A DNA stretch of 64,000 nucleotides from an uncultured delta proteobacterium (lineage in GTDB: Bacteria > Desulfobacterota > Binatia > UBA9968), in contig CAWJZV010000028.1 of assembly GCA_963847445.1 (NCBI GenBank), positions 1 through 64,000 of the forward strand, in the 5' to 3' direction. The notes beneath the pieces are model-generated. The model ran no database searches and was not told the origin of the DNA. It saw nothing but the letters and a program-made list of their open reading frames with translations. Numbering within the stretch: the first letter of the stretch is position 1; each line of letters opens with the position of its first letter. Below are positions 63,081 through 64,000 of this stretch, one piece after another. A program made the position numbers and the translations under genes.

Positions 63081-64000
63081 CTTTCCGTATTGCACCGCGA
63101 CTTTCGCTAGCAATGCTTCCTGCGCGGCTTTGACCTTGGCGCTGGTCGCCCCTTCTTTTTCGACGAGAGCAAGATACTCTTTCAGCACTTTGCGCTCGTC
63201 CGCCGCGTCTGCGTCACCCTTGATTTCGTTCAACCGCGCCGCGCCCGACGCTTTGGTGAGCTTGTCCTTGTCGTTCTTCGCCTCTTCCAGCAGTCCTTCC
63301 TCGCCGCTGTTTTCCTCGGCCATTTCTTCCATCGCCTGCTCGATGGCCGCGACTTCGGCTTCCAGTTTGTCGATGGCCGTCTGCTCGGCGGCGAAGTAGC
63401 GTGCGATGACCAACGGCGGCCTTCAGTTGGCTGTAGAGCCGGGGCGGTCCGCCTTCTTGAACAATGTCGCGCGCACGGCGGGAATGACCTGCCAGTAGCG
63501 TTCGAGCGCGTCAATGTCGCGCTCCGGGATGCCGCCGTTCAGATGGCCGTCGATGTCCTGCAAGTCCTCCGGCTCGCTGCTGTCGATGTAGCGCGGCAGG
63601 TTGAGATTGTAATCGTTCTTTGGGTCGCTGATCTCCGCCAGCGAAACCATGCGCGAGTAGCGTTTGATTTCTAGCTGTCGCGTAAAGGTGTCGACGATCT
63701 TGTGGATGTCCTGGGCGCGCAGGCGGTTCTTATTGCCGTCTTTGATGAAGCCCTTTGACGCATCGATCATGAAGATACCCTTGCGGGCGGCGGCGTTTTC
63801 CTTGTCGAGCACGATGATGCACGCGGGAATGCCGGTGCCGTAGAAAAGGTTGGCGGGCAGGCCGATGATGCCTTTGATGTAACCACGGCGTATGACGTTT
63901 TTGCGGATATCGGCCTCTGCCCCGCCACGGAATAAAACTCCGTGCGGCAGATTGACCGCCGCCTTGCCGGTGCTCTTCAGCGTTGTGAGAATATGCAGCA
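63080..64000 (-). pseudogene. hsdM: Type I restriction-modification methyltransferase subunit M, partial and internally deleted
   Basis: LPHGVLFRG, GLPANLFYGTGIPA, IDASKGF, DYNLNLPRYI; abrupt joins near 63420 and 63080. Confidence 0.85.

Overview
GC-rich bacterial window; gene content suggests a Binatia/Deltaproteobacteria-like genome (inference). Many single-base frameshifts fall in otherwise conserved genes and are most simply read as long-read assembly errors. The window is largely a low-oxygen/energy island: glgP, ackA, PPi-pfk, gap, a formate/nitrite transporter, ftsH, a BCAM0308-like protein, an Rv2004c-like kinase, USP/CBS proteins, three P-type ATPases and an aa3-type oxidase. About 12 sigma54 -24/-12 promoters and a shared tandem enhancer-like motif are present. 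An embedded electron-transfer cluster (18.5-31.3 kb) encodes an MtrA/MtrB-like conduit, nona- and hexaheme cytochromes, Rieske/cytochrome b, a NapC-type cytochrome, an EB_dh-like cytochrome, two cupredoxin-like proteins and a LuxR-family HTH with a conserved operator. The most novel signal is absent from the ORF track: two paralogous ~51-52 aa single-TM genes (6028-6186 and 9561-9716). Both have an in-frame TGA at codon 30 followed by an identical SECIS-like hairpin, making them a candidate undescribed small membrane selenoprotein family. They are coupled to ackA and flank a MacAB/DevBCA-like exporter. The right end holds a deletion-eroded type I restriction-modification locus.
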